Shown in pieces: positions 40,318-54,072 of a DNA stretch of 64,000 nucleotides. Location: positions 248,001 to 312,000 of the forward strand of contig JAQGDQ010000225.1 of the NCBI GenBank assembly GCA_030141605.1, read 5' to 3'. The position numbers and the translations under genes are program-made. The notes under the pieces are model-generated. The model was not told the origin of the DNA, searched no databases, and was given only the letters and a program-made list of their open reading frames with translations. The DNA is from Tubiluchus corallicola. Its lineage: Eukaryota > Animalia > Priapulida. Each line of letters begins with the position of its first letter. Positions within the stretch are counted from its first letter, which is position 1.

Positions 40318-42501
40318 GGAAAGGCCAAACACACACTGAGACCCATAAAAACATCACCAGAATCGCTTAGAATTAGTTGGGCGAGTAATGCGCTTGAGTC
40401 GAGCTACTTATCTAACATTATGCTTTACTACCTAGCGATCTCGATGAAAGATTTAATTGAACCGCTTTAAATCAAATTGGGCATTGATATTCCAACTCTA
40501 ATATTACAATATTTAGGACGAAGATTTCCTATTTTAGAATTTATTTTTGTTTCGTCCCCATTTTTAAAACGAACATTGCCGAAGAATCGTTTTGTTTCTC
40601 CCTATTTTCGTCAAGACGGGCCTAATTTTGTTACCAAAAGTTAATAATTATAATTTGGAAGCCGTGGAATACTAGGTCCTTATTTTTAGTGCAAAATAAG
40701 TGCCACTAAAATATTGGTACTGCTTGAATATTTTCAATGTGATTTGACAATATTGATTTATTGGTTAGGTCCATTTTTATGTACTGTCCATAATTCATAT
40801 AGTATTCAAAATTTATGCCCACTTTAACTGGAAAATTGTGTTAATCAAACTTAACTGCATTTTAGTCTCTAAGTCTTTTAGAATTCAAGTTGCGTTGAAG
40901 CATCAAATTACAAAGCATCTTAAGTACTTGACTAAACTAATAGTCTAATACAAGACTACAAAACACTCTCACAAGGTTTTACGAATATGTACAACGCAAT
41001 ACAAAGCAAAACTGTCATTTACTTTTAATTAATAACTTTTTATTATTAATTTTGCTTGTAAATTTAGTAGCCACGATTTAACGTACGTCCAAAAATCCCC
41101 TAAAATACTTTATTAGCAAAATGCTATTTCGTATATTGACTAAACTGAATGTGAGTTTAGAAAAATTAATAACCATAGTGTTAACTAGGCTCACTTGTGT
41201 TTGTAAGAGCACGTGCAAGCTTTTAGCGTAGGCCTATTTATGCTACAACTTGCAACTTTTCAAACAACGATTCTCGGAAAATAAAGCTTGTCATAAGCTA
41301 CAGTATCAAGAAATGTGACTTTAAACATTTGCATTTTTAAATTCAAACAACCGACTACCTAACAAAATCAGCTTGCTTTCTTTTTCTGATGTCAGTGATA
41401 TAAATGACGTACAGCTTCTATTGGCTCAACACCAATTTAGTAGGTAAACTAGAGTTTACTAAAGTTCAATTTATAAAAGCGTGTGGCACCATCTATTGTC
41501 AAATAAGATAAAGAACTAAAAGTTGGCACATTTTAAAATAAACTGATCAACAATAGCTCCAATTTATTTGGACTGTTAATTCAATAATACGTTTTCTAAC
41601 TGTTTTACAAAATTAATTGTGTGCATGAAGCATGTGCCAAGAGAAACACAGGATCTGGAATGAAGGCATGGCTCTAGGGAGTGCTTGTTGTATTAATGAG
41701 CAGTACATCAGTTTATCCATAACATTATTTTAGTTTATAATAAATAGTTTATAATATAATATAATAGTGACATTTTGGTCTAAAGGCTCGCATATACCAA
41801 TACCTCAGTGACAACAGGTGTGGTTTACATAATATAATTTCTCTAAGAGTGCCATTTCCCTGTATTGCCAGTTGGCTTGGTGCAGATCCGTTACATGTTT
41901 CCACCTGTAGTTTTGAACAAATCCTAACCTCACATAACCAAAAGAACTAAAAAATATAAACAATTTGGTCTAATGTGCATTGCACATTACCCCATCTGAT
42001 ATGTAAAGAAATGAAGAGTGGCTGACTGGGAGTGTGAACGCTATGAGTATCTTTTTTGAATAAAACTGTCACAGCAAAGCTATAGTCTTACGAATGAAAA
42101 TTTTCATGAATTTCCCATCTGTAGATCGCCATAAGCTTCAAGGTACAAAATTTTTAGTATCATCATAATACATTTGGAACTTGGAAGCAAGTTTTTAAGC
42201 ATCATACCATATGATTAGCATCTATTTAGACATTACCTATATAATATATATGTAATGTTTTCCTTGCATTTATAAACAAATAACCTGCAAAATGCAATAA
42301 CATTTGGGTGAGTGTTTCATAAGTAAAATAGCACAATTTTTTTCTGAAAAAAAGGTTTTCCAAATAACGAACACCACAAGGCTCGGGATGTGTTTTTCCT
42401 CCCACTTAAAAGCCTATAACTTCATTGTCATGCACAGTATTACATGAATGAGCAAAAAACGGGAATTTTCCCCATTTAATTCCTGCTTAACAAGGCAAAT
42501 G

Positions 42502-42708
42502 TTATTCTGCGGCATCTGTCGGGGGTGGCTCCTCCGACGATTGTTCAGGCTCTTCTGATTTTGGTTCCTCTGGAGGTGGGGGCTCCCACGTTTCGGCTTC
42601 CTTGCAGGCTTCTGCGACTCCCTCTGGAGTTGGACGTTTGGCAACGGCAGCAACGGGTAACCCTTTCTCCTGTAATACTGTCGCTGTGCTTGGACCAACT
42701 GCAACAAA
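42502..42708 (-). CDS. UROS: UROS terminal coding exon 7 (FVAVGPSTATVLQEKGLPVAAVAKRPTPEGVAEACK...PPPTDAAE*)
   Basis: 207 nt, tttttctag| acceptor, TAA stop; matches the A(I/V)GP(T/S)TA...GL.V...A..PTP C-terminal motif. The seven exons sum to 882 nt in one open frame. Confidence 0.95.
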   Translation of the reverse strand, partial: FVAVGPSTATVLQEKGLPVAAVAKRPTPEGVAEACKEAETWEPPPPEEPKSEEPEQSSEEPPPTDAAE

Positions 42709-43022
42709 CTAGAAAAACAAGACAAAAAATAACATATAAAGAGAAAAAAGATGTAAAATATGGTTGTAATAAAATTAAAGAGACCTAAAACAAAGTGACA
42801 AAATTCAGCTTTCTGTGGATTTCGGTCTTCAACTATACTAAAATGTGATCTCATAATTTCATATTCAGTAAGCATATTAACATTAAACAATATGAAATGA
42901 CTTCAATATCATAGGCTTTTTTGTAACCTTCTTAAAAATAATTTCTCTTACAGTACATCATTTTTTTGTCAGTTCCACTAATTCTTGATTTGTGCTTCTT
43001 CTCTTTCTCTCCTTCTCTCTCC

Positions 43023-43053
<31 letters not shown>

Positions 43054-46000
43054 TCTCTCCCTCTCTCTACAGCTCTCTCTTTCCCTCCTACTCTCTTACA
43101 CACTCTCCTTTTCTCTCTTTCCCTCCTACATTTACACACTCTGTTGACCATTGTTCTTCCAATTCTCTCATTCTCTCTTACACACTCTCATTCTCCTTAG
43201 CCCAAACTTTCACATTTAAAATTTTCGTTCAAATTTTAAGAATAAACTGTGTTTTCGTCTGAAGAGGAAGCGCGGATATCCGGTCACTGCCAATGAACGA
43301 TGAACATCATCGATCAAATCTCCTGCTAGCTTCTGGGGAAAAACAGTTCATATTGTCTTCCTGCTTAGTACGTTAATTCTGCATGTTACGCATCTACCTG
43401 ACTCACTAGTTGGTAGCTACGTTTTTCCCATATCGAGAAATTTCTTTCTCTATAATTGCAGGAATATTAAAATTACTTACAATGAGTTTTTTGGAAAATT
43501 ATTTTTAACTCCGCATGATTGAAGTGCTAGACAAATGTGTTTAGATTACGACATCTCTTACTTTGATGTTGTAGTCAGCCGCTCAGCTTACTCTATTTCT
43601 TAGCAAGCAAAATTCACAAAATTTCTACGTAAAATGTATTTTGAACTCAGGCATGTATTTTCAGGCTGAAATATTTAGACAAATTTGAAATGAACTGTAT
43701 ACTGGTAATCCGTTTAGCTATAGTAACTGTGAACAGACTGCAGGGTTAAATGGAATAAATGTCTATTGAATGAATTCGCCTCCGCTAGGGCGAAAGCTAC
43801 TGAATAAATATTACATGCATAATCTTTGAGACTATAAAGGGCATTACGTTTTTCTCTGTTAATGATGACAAGTCTCAGGAGAGCTCTCTCGTATATTTAC
43901 AGTTGTCGAAATAAAGAATCTAATAATCTAATCTAACCTAACCTAACCTAACCTAACCTAACGTGATCTAATCTAATCTAATCTAATCTTTCTGTATTGA
44001 AACGCATGTCTATTTGGGCTTTTCGCCAGAAAGTTTATTGGCTTGCCAGACCGTCTTCGCCAGTGTTGACTTTCCCTTACGAGAATTCCCGTTCTTGGAT
44101 TTCTCCCGTGTTCTTGTATGTTCATTTAATAGCTACTACATGATTGCTTTAGCTCTTGGCTTATTGAATGTCTGATTTGTGCAACCACCTCTTCTATTAT
44201 GTTTACTATTTAGTGATAAGAATTTTTTCAACGCATTTCAAAAACAATCGTGTCAGCATTGCGCAAACAGCGCAATAAATTAAATCTGAGCAGCTATATA
44301 GATCACAAACGGAAAACAAACAAAAAATAAGAAACGCAAAGAATTGAGCAAGAGAAAAAAGACGGGAAAATATCTTCATCTATTGTGCGCTAGATTTCAT
44401 AAAATTTCATGACCTAATTAATGTAGTGACCATATTTCGCTGAGAAGCGTGAAAGATCTGCTTCCTTTAAATGGACATTCTTAAATTTAAAGAAATTTTT
44501 GCTAACCGGTCATAGATAAAGTGTTTTTCGGTAATACTTATTCTCGTCAATTTATACAAACTGTTTGCGAGCATTTCTTTACTAAATAAGTTAAATTTTA
44601 GATTTAGATTTATTTATTTATCCATTAGCACAATATTACAATAATTATACAAAACATCACAATACAGACTTGACAATACATTACAGTGCTATGAACGTAG
44701 CAGAATAAATTAACTTCTAAGTCACACTCAACATGGATAGGGTTTAATTACAACATAAATGTAAATTACTACAAACAATAAATGCTGATAAATGTAGTAA
44801 AGCAAATGGAGGCGAGGAGATGACAATGACGATGTTGATAATGATGACAGCAACGGTGATATTAATGCTGATTGCAATGGCGATGGTGACAATGACAACT
44901 TTTATTTTGCATAGCTCTTATTGCTGTACGAGCTCACATATTTTTCACGCTTATACTGTTCAGCGTTTATTGGTCCCAATGCGCCCGCTCTGAAAGTAGC
45001 AATATCTATGGTTACGTTCAGACAAAGCCATAGTGATCACCTGCTACGTGCAGCTGCACACGAAGCTGCAAAAGAGGTGCCCGGGATTTCTCGGAACCTG
45101 GTGTAAAATTAATGCAAATGAATCGTCCCATAATTGTCAATAAATATATTGAAATAATGCAAATCAAGTTGTTGTTATTGTCCCATTTAATTTGTAAGCA
45201 AATTCATTTCACTCAGATTGATTGCCAGAGCTGTTAAGAGCCTGGCTGTGTAACCCTTTCACTGAGCTTCACTTCCAAAACTCTCAACTTTCACAATTCA
45301 CAAAACAACGAACAAACACAACATGCCCAGATTAGGACAACGTGTTTTGCAGTTTTTATTTTCTCCAAATTCTAGTTACTTGAAAACATTAATAAACGGT
45401 TAAGCAATAAATAGAAAGTATAAAAACTTGCTTTGATCCATGTATTATTATTGTTTAGTGACGAAATTAGCATGAATTTTTAACTATTTTGGAAAATTTG
45501 CTAGACCAATTAGCAACTATCTAGCTTCACAATAATGTCCAATAGTACATAGTATAATAAATCAGTTTGTTACTTCATCTGAGGTACTTGTGCAAAGTGT
45601 TTCACAAGCACTCCAACCTGCAGGTCCCTAAGATTCCCTGCAAATAATCTGAGAAAACTACTGGCCGTGCTGATATATAGGTGCACACAAGCATACAAAG
45701 CGGTACTACATTTACAGCGTTACACCTCAGCATCAGCAGCACAAAGCTTTGCAATATTTGCTCAATGTGGGAGTTCAACTCAATAAAAAGAGATCTCTTT
45801 TTGGTCAAAAGAGGGTTAGACGATAACGTAACTCTCAGATTGTTTACAATAACTGGACACTTGTTTCTCGAACCTGGCAAGCACTTAAGAAATTACAGCT
45901 GCAAGAATTAAAGAATCCAGGGCTTTAAACAGACAATGCTTTTCCAAGTAAAAAATTTTGCAAGCAAGTAGCACAGAATGCAAATCCGTCCATAAAGTGA

Positions 46001-46224
46001 AAGTCACCGGACAATGTGCGTGTAATTTGGATAGAACGGTTTTACCTGCTACCCTGCGGAAAGAAGACACTAACAGGACGAACATACACCGTTCAAGTTT
46101 CTTAGTGTTTGGAATTTTAAGACCAACACGATTTTAAGACGAATGGTTTCATATCCTTGGGGCTGCCTTTCTCCCTCAGTACATGTTCAGGTATTCAGTT
46201 AAGCGTGAGTGGGCATAGGAGAGT

Positions 46225-47230
46225 GTGAGCTGGTGTCGAGGGACAGATGGAGCATCATGCTCTGCTGTGAGCTGATGTAGAGTTACTGGTGCAGCATCGT
46301 GTTGTGCTATGAACTGGAGTAAAACGAGTAAGTGACAAGTGTAGCACCAGGGCCACCCTTAAGTACTGTTCAATTAGTTCGTGGAAAAGCTATACATGAG
46401 TGGATTCGAATCCAGATCCCCTGGATTGGCAGCAAAGTGTCAAAACACTCGGCCATCATGTGTTCAAAGTCCTTTGCTAAATTGTTCAAATCTTAGGCTC
46501 AGCTTGTCAAGTTTGTCAAGTTGGTGGACCCAAGTAACTAAGAAGTACCCCGCTACGGCATTTATCAAAAAATTGCACACATTAATAGTTGTCATTGCCA
46601 TTGTAAAGACTTTAATTGCTTAGCACAAAATTTGAAATCTTTAAGTGCATTTCGGAGTATCATATCCCCAATACATTCTTCTGTTCACATCTTTTGCTTG
46701 TTTAAATGACGAGGAGAAAAAGGCGTGGCATCAGTTCGGCTACATCAGCTCACAGCACAACAAGAACCGTGCTGTATCAGCTGACAGCACAGCATGAAGT
46801 TGCGCCAGTCATTTTAGATCAGTTCACAGATAGCGTGATGCTGCATTGGTTTGGCTACATCAACTTACAAGGTAGCACGACAGTGGAGCAGTCATTCTAC
46901 ACTAGGCGTCAGTTTCACAAAGGTTAAATTAGTGACGTCGTTAATATAATCTCTTAACTATTAAAAACGACGTCGCTATGTTTGTGACGGCTTTGTGAAA
47001 CTGGGTCCAGGTCACAGAACAGCATGATGCTGAACCAGTCGTTGTACATCAACTAAAGCTACACCAGTCACCGTACATCAACTCACAGCACAGAATGATG
47101 CTGCACCAGTCACCCTACATCAACTCACAGCACAGCATAATGCTGCATTAGTCACTACACCAGCTCACACCACAGCTTAGTGTTGCACCAATTTTGCTAC
47201 AGCTAACTCACCAGAAAGCATGGTGCAATT
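46225..47230. repeat. 42-bp repeat present as two oppositely oriented arrays
   Basis: Unit GCTGCACCAGTCACCCTACATCAACTCACAGCACAGCATGAT forward at ~46725-47230 and reverse-complemented at ~46225-46350. Confidence 0.75.
46905..47008. mobile_element. Small palindromic MITE inserted in a 42-bp repeat array
   Basis: TIRs GGCGTCAGTTTCACAAAG / CTTTGTGAAACTGGGTCC plus inner inverted TAGTGACGTCGTT / AACGACGTCGCTA. Confidence 0.65.
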
Positions 47231-47970
47231 ATATTAAATGGCCTGGACCAACGAGTAGATGCACTAAATCACTGTTTTAAAATCAAAATTTGACTAAGTA
47301 GGAACTAAAATTTCCCCAAAATTGAATTATTTTTGGTGAATTAAAAGTTTAACAACCAAAATTTTATTTCCAACATCAATTCCACATTTGCAGTTGACCG
47401 ATATATTGGTTTTTTCCAGACAAAAATCAAACAGACTGGCATCGATTTGCAATAAGTTTTACATTTTTCAGGCTTGCAGACAGATTGATTTGTTGAGTTC
47501 TGCGGTGTTTTTTGAGCGGACTTTGCAGAGCCCAGATTTTACACATCAATTCAATTCTCCCCGGGGAGTTGATGAAAAGATGTCAATACCATTCCAAACA
47601 ATTTGTGATAAATTGCTCAAATAATTTTTTACTTTGCCACGCTGGCAGTCTACTAGAGCATTATGGCCAGGAACGGATTAGATTTGATTTTACTTTGTAA
47701 AATTATTTCATTCAATTAACTGAGCGTATAAACAAATGAATGACTGGCTTAGTAAATCAGGAAGATGGCTGAATGAAGGAACAAGTGAATGTGAATGAAT
47801 GAAGAAATAAATTAAAAAACAACAAATGAGTAAATAAGGAGCAAAATGGATAAATCAAACAAATAAATCAATAAAAACTGTATGACTGACTAGTACTATA
47901 TCAATGTACAAATAGACGCATACTGCATTGTTACTTACAGTTACTATGGTAACTCAATCAAAACCTTTAA

Positions 47971-48589
47971 AGGAAAAGACACGACATTAAGCATGTTGGG
48001 TTGATTTTGCTATAAACAGTTAGACTTAGAAAAAACGTTGATTTATAGTACCAATGAATAGACATTTTCAGGCATGGTGGTAGCCTCCACTCACTTCAAA
48101 ATTATGGCATAACTGGTGGACTTCCCGACTTTTTGTAAACATGCTTCTTAAACTAATTCTAACTTCTGGAACTTACCTAATATTCACAGAGAAATACTAA
48201 AGAATTAGCTCATTACACCGTTGAGAAAAATTGACAGTGTGCAACTTATCTCGTAACAGTGATTCATAAGCTTTGGTTAATTGAAACTTCTGCAGCTTAC
48301 CCTAATGTTCAAACAAATCTATTACAAAATTACCTATCCAAATTTTTTATAAACACTTATGCATTAGACGGAAATTGGCAGTGCATTGCTTTTCTTCACT
48401 CGATGAATGACATCATTGGTGGAAGAATTTGCTATTTAAAAGAGTTTGCCCCCACATGAAATGATTACAATTTTAAAGTGATTTTGCTAATTACATGAGG
48501 AACTTATTACACTTTTATTACTAAGTCCTTCTAACACTTCTCGTGAACGTAGAAATACACCTAACCTCCCAGAAGGCATAGCTTTTACT
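47971..48589. mobile_element. TTAA-flanked element in UROS intron 6; related right end at ~63480-63649
   Basis: TTAA|AGGAAAAG ... CTTTTACT|TTAA; the last ~180 bp align closely with 63480-63653 (TTTAAAGTGATTTT.CTAATTACATGAGG, CCTTCTAACA, CAGAAGGC). Confidence 0.65.
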
Positions 48590-49722
48590 TTAACTAAATG
48601 ACACTAAAGGAACCTTTATAGAAAGGCTTCACAAATAGCACATCCCCCCCAACACACTCAGTCAGTTGGTCAGTCAGTCAATCACTGACGTGTCTATATG
48701 CCTTTCCAGTAAAATGTGGTAAATGAAAATCAATAACAACTTCATGCAGTATATAGATAACTTTACAATAACTGTAGAGAATAAAACAGTAAAAGTTCAT
48801 GTTAAATTTCTTTAAAGATCTTTTATCACAAAACAACTAATTATAATTGAAGTTGTACATATGAAAACTATTTTCTCAAGTTAATGGCAATTTAGGATAG
48901 AAATCCTAAAAATAGTATAACACTAACATTAGCCTTTTTAAACAGTTTTTGTGACACATCTGCTTGCAAACAGTTACTTTTGACAATTATAAACAAATAG
49001 TCACTGTGTTAGAAGCAAATGACAGCATGAAACAAAAACAATAAAAAATGTTCTGTAACTACAAAGAAAGATACAAGACAATGTTTTACCATAAAAAAAA
49101 TAGAAAAACAAATAGCTTCGTCAAGAAAAAAATAAAAAATAACCCTAACTCTCACAGTCTAGTTTGCAGGGAATATGTAGTGTTTATTTATTAGTACGTG
49201 CTGTCATCTAGAGAGCAAGAACAAACAGAAATTTTGGGTATAAAACTGTGTACAGCTGTAAAAGAAAATTAATTTACTAGTTCTACTTTCACATAATTTT
49301 CACATTACCTTAAACAGTGTTTACCCTTATACAGGGTATGTCTAAAGTAATGACAAACTTTAGCAAATGCGTTGCAAAAATTTTAATAAATGTGAGCACC
49401 TAGAACATCATTTGATAGAATTCTCCAGCTTTCCTGCTGCTGCCATCTACTGGCAGTGGGTTTAAATTAGAGAAACAAAAACCAAAAATAAATTTCTTAT
49501 CTAAGTTTGGCATATTTCATGCATTTGGCATCGTGCACTAAAAGGCATCCTTACATGCATCGATAAGGAGTTATTAAGTTCAATCAGGCAACGTAACAAG
49601 TGCACCATGAGTGACCTAAAAGGTTTCATACTAAGTTTACGAAATGTACCATTACTTTTTATCCAGGCTGTACAATTAACAGATCTGTCTTATTATGCCT
49701 CATAAACAAAGATTCTACGTAC

Positions 49723-49812
49723 CTTCGTTGAACTGAAGCCCAGATCTTTGAGAATATCACATGTGGACATGACGCCGGACGGACTGAAAAACACCATGTA
49801 AGTGGGCGTGCC
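49723..49812 (-). CDS. UROS: UROS coding exon 6 (GTPTYMVFFSPSGVMSTCDILKDLGFSSTK)
   Basis: 90 nt, tttgttttag| acceptor, AAG|GTACGT donor; FFSPSG signature. Confidence 0.96.
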
Positions 49813-51339
49813 CTAAAACAAATAAACAACAAACAAAGGATGAAATGACAGCTGTTCAGTAACAAAAAACACTATATGTAACATGTCACTTGACGTACAT
49901 GTCAATACATAAACAAGTTACGAATCGTCATTGAATCAAACAATCATTACATCTGTAGAAACGGACCAGAAAAATTGTAACATAAAAGAAATCTGTCCAT
50001 AAAACAGGTGAACACAGCGAGCTGCTTTATACATAAACTTTATTTATTTTGAGTGGATTTACAACACAGCAGACTCTATTACTGATCACGGTATTTCCAC
50101 TGTACCCAATGGCCTGCTGTGCACGTTTGACCATCATTTTTACACGTGCTCCAGTGTTTGTTTATTATTTGCAACACTTTAAAGACACAGAAATATAGTT
50201 TGAAATAGATGTTGTCGTGCAAATCAAACACCTCAACACAAATCACCATTCTTTGTGCAACAAAATTAATAATGCAAACTTCAGTCAGTTTCACGTCAGT
50301 CTGATGGTTTGACTTTTTAGCTGCTCCGCATTTACCATGGATTTTCAAAGTTATATAATATCAAAGCATAATAGTTTCCTAGACTGAAGTAAAAAACTTA
50401 ATCAATTTCATTAAAAGCTAAATGCAGTTTACGCATATCATGATGTACTCCTTTTTTGTGTCAACTTGCCAATGCACTTAAAGGAAAATAAGCTGCTTTT
50501 CTGGATTCTATCCCATTTTGAATTACAGTAAAAAATATACATTTCATCACCGATAATAATGCTAAAATGTTTCTGATATTACAAATTGGCTTAGGCACTT
50601 AGTTAACAGGCAGTGAGCACAGTTAGCGATGATGTCTCAACTGAACACAATTTTCAACCAGCAAAAGTAATTGGGTGGGGGGGGGTGATGCATGTGTTTA
50701 CAAAAGTAAAAATTGAAATACAATGCAGCAATGACTATAATTTACACTAACTGGGATGCTGGTGCCGGGTTCATCTAACCAGCGAATGGTGAAATGCAAA
50801 AAACTAAGGAACATGAAATTAAACTTCCGTGGAAATGATTTGTTCGTGTAAATCATTCTTGAAGAAACAAATATTTTTCTTTTCAATACTTTATACATTC
50901 GATCATTTGAGCTACAGTTTAAGGTTGGATTCGGATTTTGTTTAATGCTTTCTGTAAAACTATGCATTAGTCCAACAATCACCAGATCCTGCTATATTAG
51001 AAGCTTGTCAGCATAACATCAGGTAATTAGAAATCAGGATTTGATATGTGAAACTCGTGGGAGAGTGACAAATTGTTGTCATGGAAGTTCTGAGGAGAAT
51101 AATAGGAGAGTTATTTTCTAGAAGTGGTAAAATATTACAAAATGTATAAGATTATCTACATTATTAGGAAGTGTTCAGACTTAGTATACACTACAAGCTA
51201 CATAAGTCAGTATGCCATTTACATTTTTGATATTTTTTAACCAAATAAAGCAATATATTTGCAAACTGGATGAACTAAAACCTTGGAGAATTCTTTTAGT
51301 TAAATTAGATGAAAATCTGAAAAGAACTACTACACTAGT

Positions 51340-51952
51340 AGTCTTTTTTATCTTCACTACCTTCTTCAAAGCACTCCTGCTAATGATTAACACATGTATT
51401 TTCAACACCAGCAAGCTTTTCCAGTCAAATGTTTGCACAACAATCTCTAATTGTTATTTGGAATTCATGAAGGACGATTGAAGGTGTCTTGGCCTTTTCG
51501 TATATAAGCGTTTGCAAAGATTTGAAGGCTGTCACAAATCAAGGCGCCAAAATTTCTGTAAAAAGAGCCCCAGTGACCATTCCAATGGCAAGTCAGGCAT
51601 CTTACATTGAGAAACTCTTTCACACTTCTTGTGAGTAGTGATGAAGGCCCTTTCACTGCATTGCTAACAGTGAAAACGTAGTGTGGTACGCATACTGTTC
51701 TCAATTTCTTCTATACTTTAGTTTATGATCAAAGCCCCCTTCTTGTCGGACTGACAGGCGGATATTTTGCATCTCGTTCTCATTCCTAACTCTACTGTCG
51801 TCACCATAACAAAGGGATTCAATTCAAAATTCAAATAAAAAGAGTTGTCAAAGACCGCTTTTGATTGACGCCCAATTTCATCAAGACTGGATGTAAAGCT
51901 AAAAAGAAAATCAGAAATCAAAGTCAATACTGACTTTTGAGAAACCCTGTAT
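51340..51952 (-). mobile_element. Decayed Tc1/mariner-like remnant in UROS intron 5
   Basis: TA-CAGGGTTTCTCAAAAGT terminal-type sequence at 51951 (minus); broken frames KRLYTKRPRHL and VENTCVNH*QECFEEGS loosely resemble the transposase C-terminus. Confidence 0.35.
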
Positions 51953-52129
51953 AATAACATTTTTAAGGCATCTTAAGGTATATTACAAAAGCTTTGTTTA
52001 GTAGTTAATTAAAAACATAAACATAGTTTATGATAATAACTAGTAGATTATACCTTAGTTATAATAGTTCATCATCTAGTTTATTTTATAATGTTTGTCT
52101 ACTATTTATATAGATTTAATATATATATT

Positions 52130-52488
52130 ATATTGTATTGTATTGTGTATTGTATTATAATATAATATAATATAATATAATATAATATAATATAATATAA
52201 TATAATATAATATAATATAATATAATATAATATAATATAATATAATATAATATAATATAATATAATATAATATAATATAATATAATATAATATAATATAA
52301 TATAATATAATATAATATAATATAATATAATATAATATAATATAATATAATATAATATAATATAATATAATATAATATAATATAACATAACATAACATAA
52401 CATAACATAACATAACATAACATAACATAACATAACATAACATAACATAACATAACATAACATAACATAACATAACATAACATAATAT
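52130..52488. repeat. Compound pentanucleotide microsatellite (ATTGT)n-(ATATA)n-(ACATA)n in UROS intron 5
   Basis: Pure ATATA run to ~52384 switching in phase to a pure ACATA run. Confidence 0.98.
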
Positions 52489-52973
52489 ATAGATTTTATA
52501 AATTGTTGACTTTATTTAAAATTACTGTGCTATGTTCAATCCCTGCTTGCAACATTTTTAATTCAACACTTTTTATTATAACACATGTTAGTATAACATA
52601 AAATATTAGTAATCAGGTCCATACTATATTACATTACAAGCAGATATCAGAATTTATTATGTAATTCTTACTGATTTTTCAAGCTTCCGTGTGTAAATTT
52701 AGGAGTGCAATGGGCGTGCGGGCAGCAGATGTGATCGCGTTGTGAATATGGGGTAAATAAAAAAATCAAAAACATGGTTGCTGCACTAGACGAGCAAGCT
52801 TGTTGTGGCCACTTAAACTTTACACACAGGAAATTTTGCATGACTTCGCAAAGTTACATTACAAAGTCAAGTAACGCCTCTTTTTTCTTTAATCTTGCTG
52901 AGCCAATCACTCAATTTTACAAAAAACTGTGTTAGGTGAATTTTACACAGTTTTTTATGTTAACTTTCCTTAC

Positions 52974-53059
52974 CGTCTCGTTTTTCACTTTTTCAAGATT
53001 TTCCCGTATCGCCTGATGTTCTGCAGTTTGATAAACTGTAACGCATGTCACAGGCACAC
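52974..53059 (-). CDS. UROS: UROS coding exon 5 (GVPVTCVTVYQTAEHQAIRENLEKVKNET)
   Basis: 86 nt, cttttgcag| acceptor, ACG|GTAAGG donor (phase 0); TVYQT motif with the conserved Tyr (human Tyr168). Not in the ORF track in this frame. Confidence 0.95.
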
Positions 53060-53877
53060 CTGCAAAAGCAACAGGTTACAATTTTTCAGCATTAAATCGA
53101 CTGTGCCTGGTGCAAACTTCAACCTTCTACTACCATTTTGTTTTCTGCTTTTTTATTTTTATTTCCTTTAGTGAAGAAAACACTTTCTTCTTGGTTTCAG
53201 CATTGAAGAGATTGAAGTTAAGTTTAAGATTTGTAAAAAGCTGGAAATAAGACTATTGCATGTGCTACAAGCTACAATACACACATTTGACAAATTTGTG
53301 ACAAGGTGAAATTTTTTGTAAGTTTCTGAAAAATACTCTGCAGTCCACGTTGCAAAGGTCTAACCAATCACTAAACAACAAAACAATATAAACTAAGTAT
53401 GACTTTCAAGTATAAAAAACGCCCTTTCATAAATAAGGCTTAAAAAATTCATCCTGAAATTTTATATCACTTGTATTTTGTAAATTATTAAAAAATTTTT
53501 GCTCCAATTACATAAAGTCTTTCAAACACGTAAGCGTAATGCTAAGTAATATAAGTTCGTAAGGAAAGTTTTTTTGGGATATACTTTAAAATTCCTGTTC
53601 TTTCCCATTAACTGGTATTTATAATTGAACAGTTTTCTTTACTATAAAGGCAAGTTTACTAAAGTTTTTAAAAGAAGTCACAAATGAGCCTAATGATAAT
53701 TGGAAAGTTGTAAACAAACTCATTGCAAATAAATTGGCAGATGATCCTAGACATAAAACAACAATGTAATTATGCATAATCCAAGTTCGAAATCGATACA
53801 ACAGTACTTCATCAGCACTTGCATTATGACAAATATAAAGAATGTTAACTTTTTACATCATGATTCTGCTATTTTAC

Positions 53878-54072
53878 CTGAATCTTCCAATAACCGTGGT
53901 AACATTTCCATTTTGATATTGCTGCATGGGAAGAGGAGAGGTTTTGAAGATTTTTCGTCCCCCTCCTCCGCTCCTTCCTCTTTCTCTTTACTTAAGGCAC
54001 CCACAATGGCCTCAGCGAGTGTCTCCGCTCGACCCGCATCTTCCCCTTGACACTTCAATCCCAGCTTGGCTT
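53878..54072 (-). CDS. UROS: UROS coding exon 4 (EAKLGLKCQGEDAGRAETLAEAI...KPLLFPCSNIKMEMLPRLLEDS)
   Basis: 195 nt, ctgttttag| acceptor, G|GTAAAA donor (phase 1 to 1); G-x-A-E-x-L-A and PLLFPC motifs. Confidence 0.96.

Noticed and set aside
42414-42890. 158-aa minus-strand ORF and 87-aa plus-strand ORF in the track
   Set aside because: They are off-frame or antisense readings over the true UROS terminal exon.
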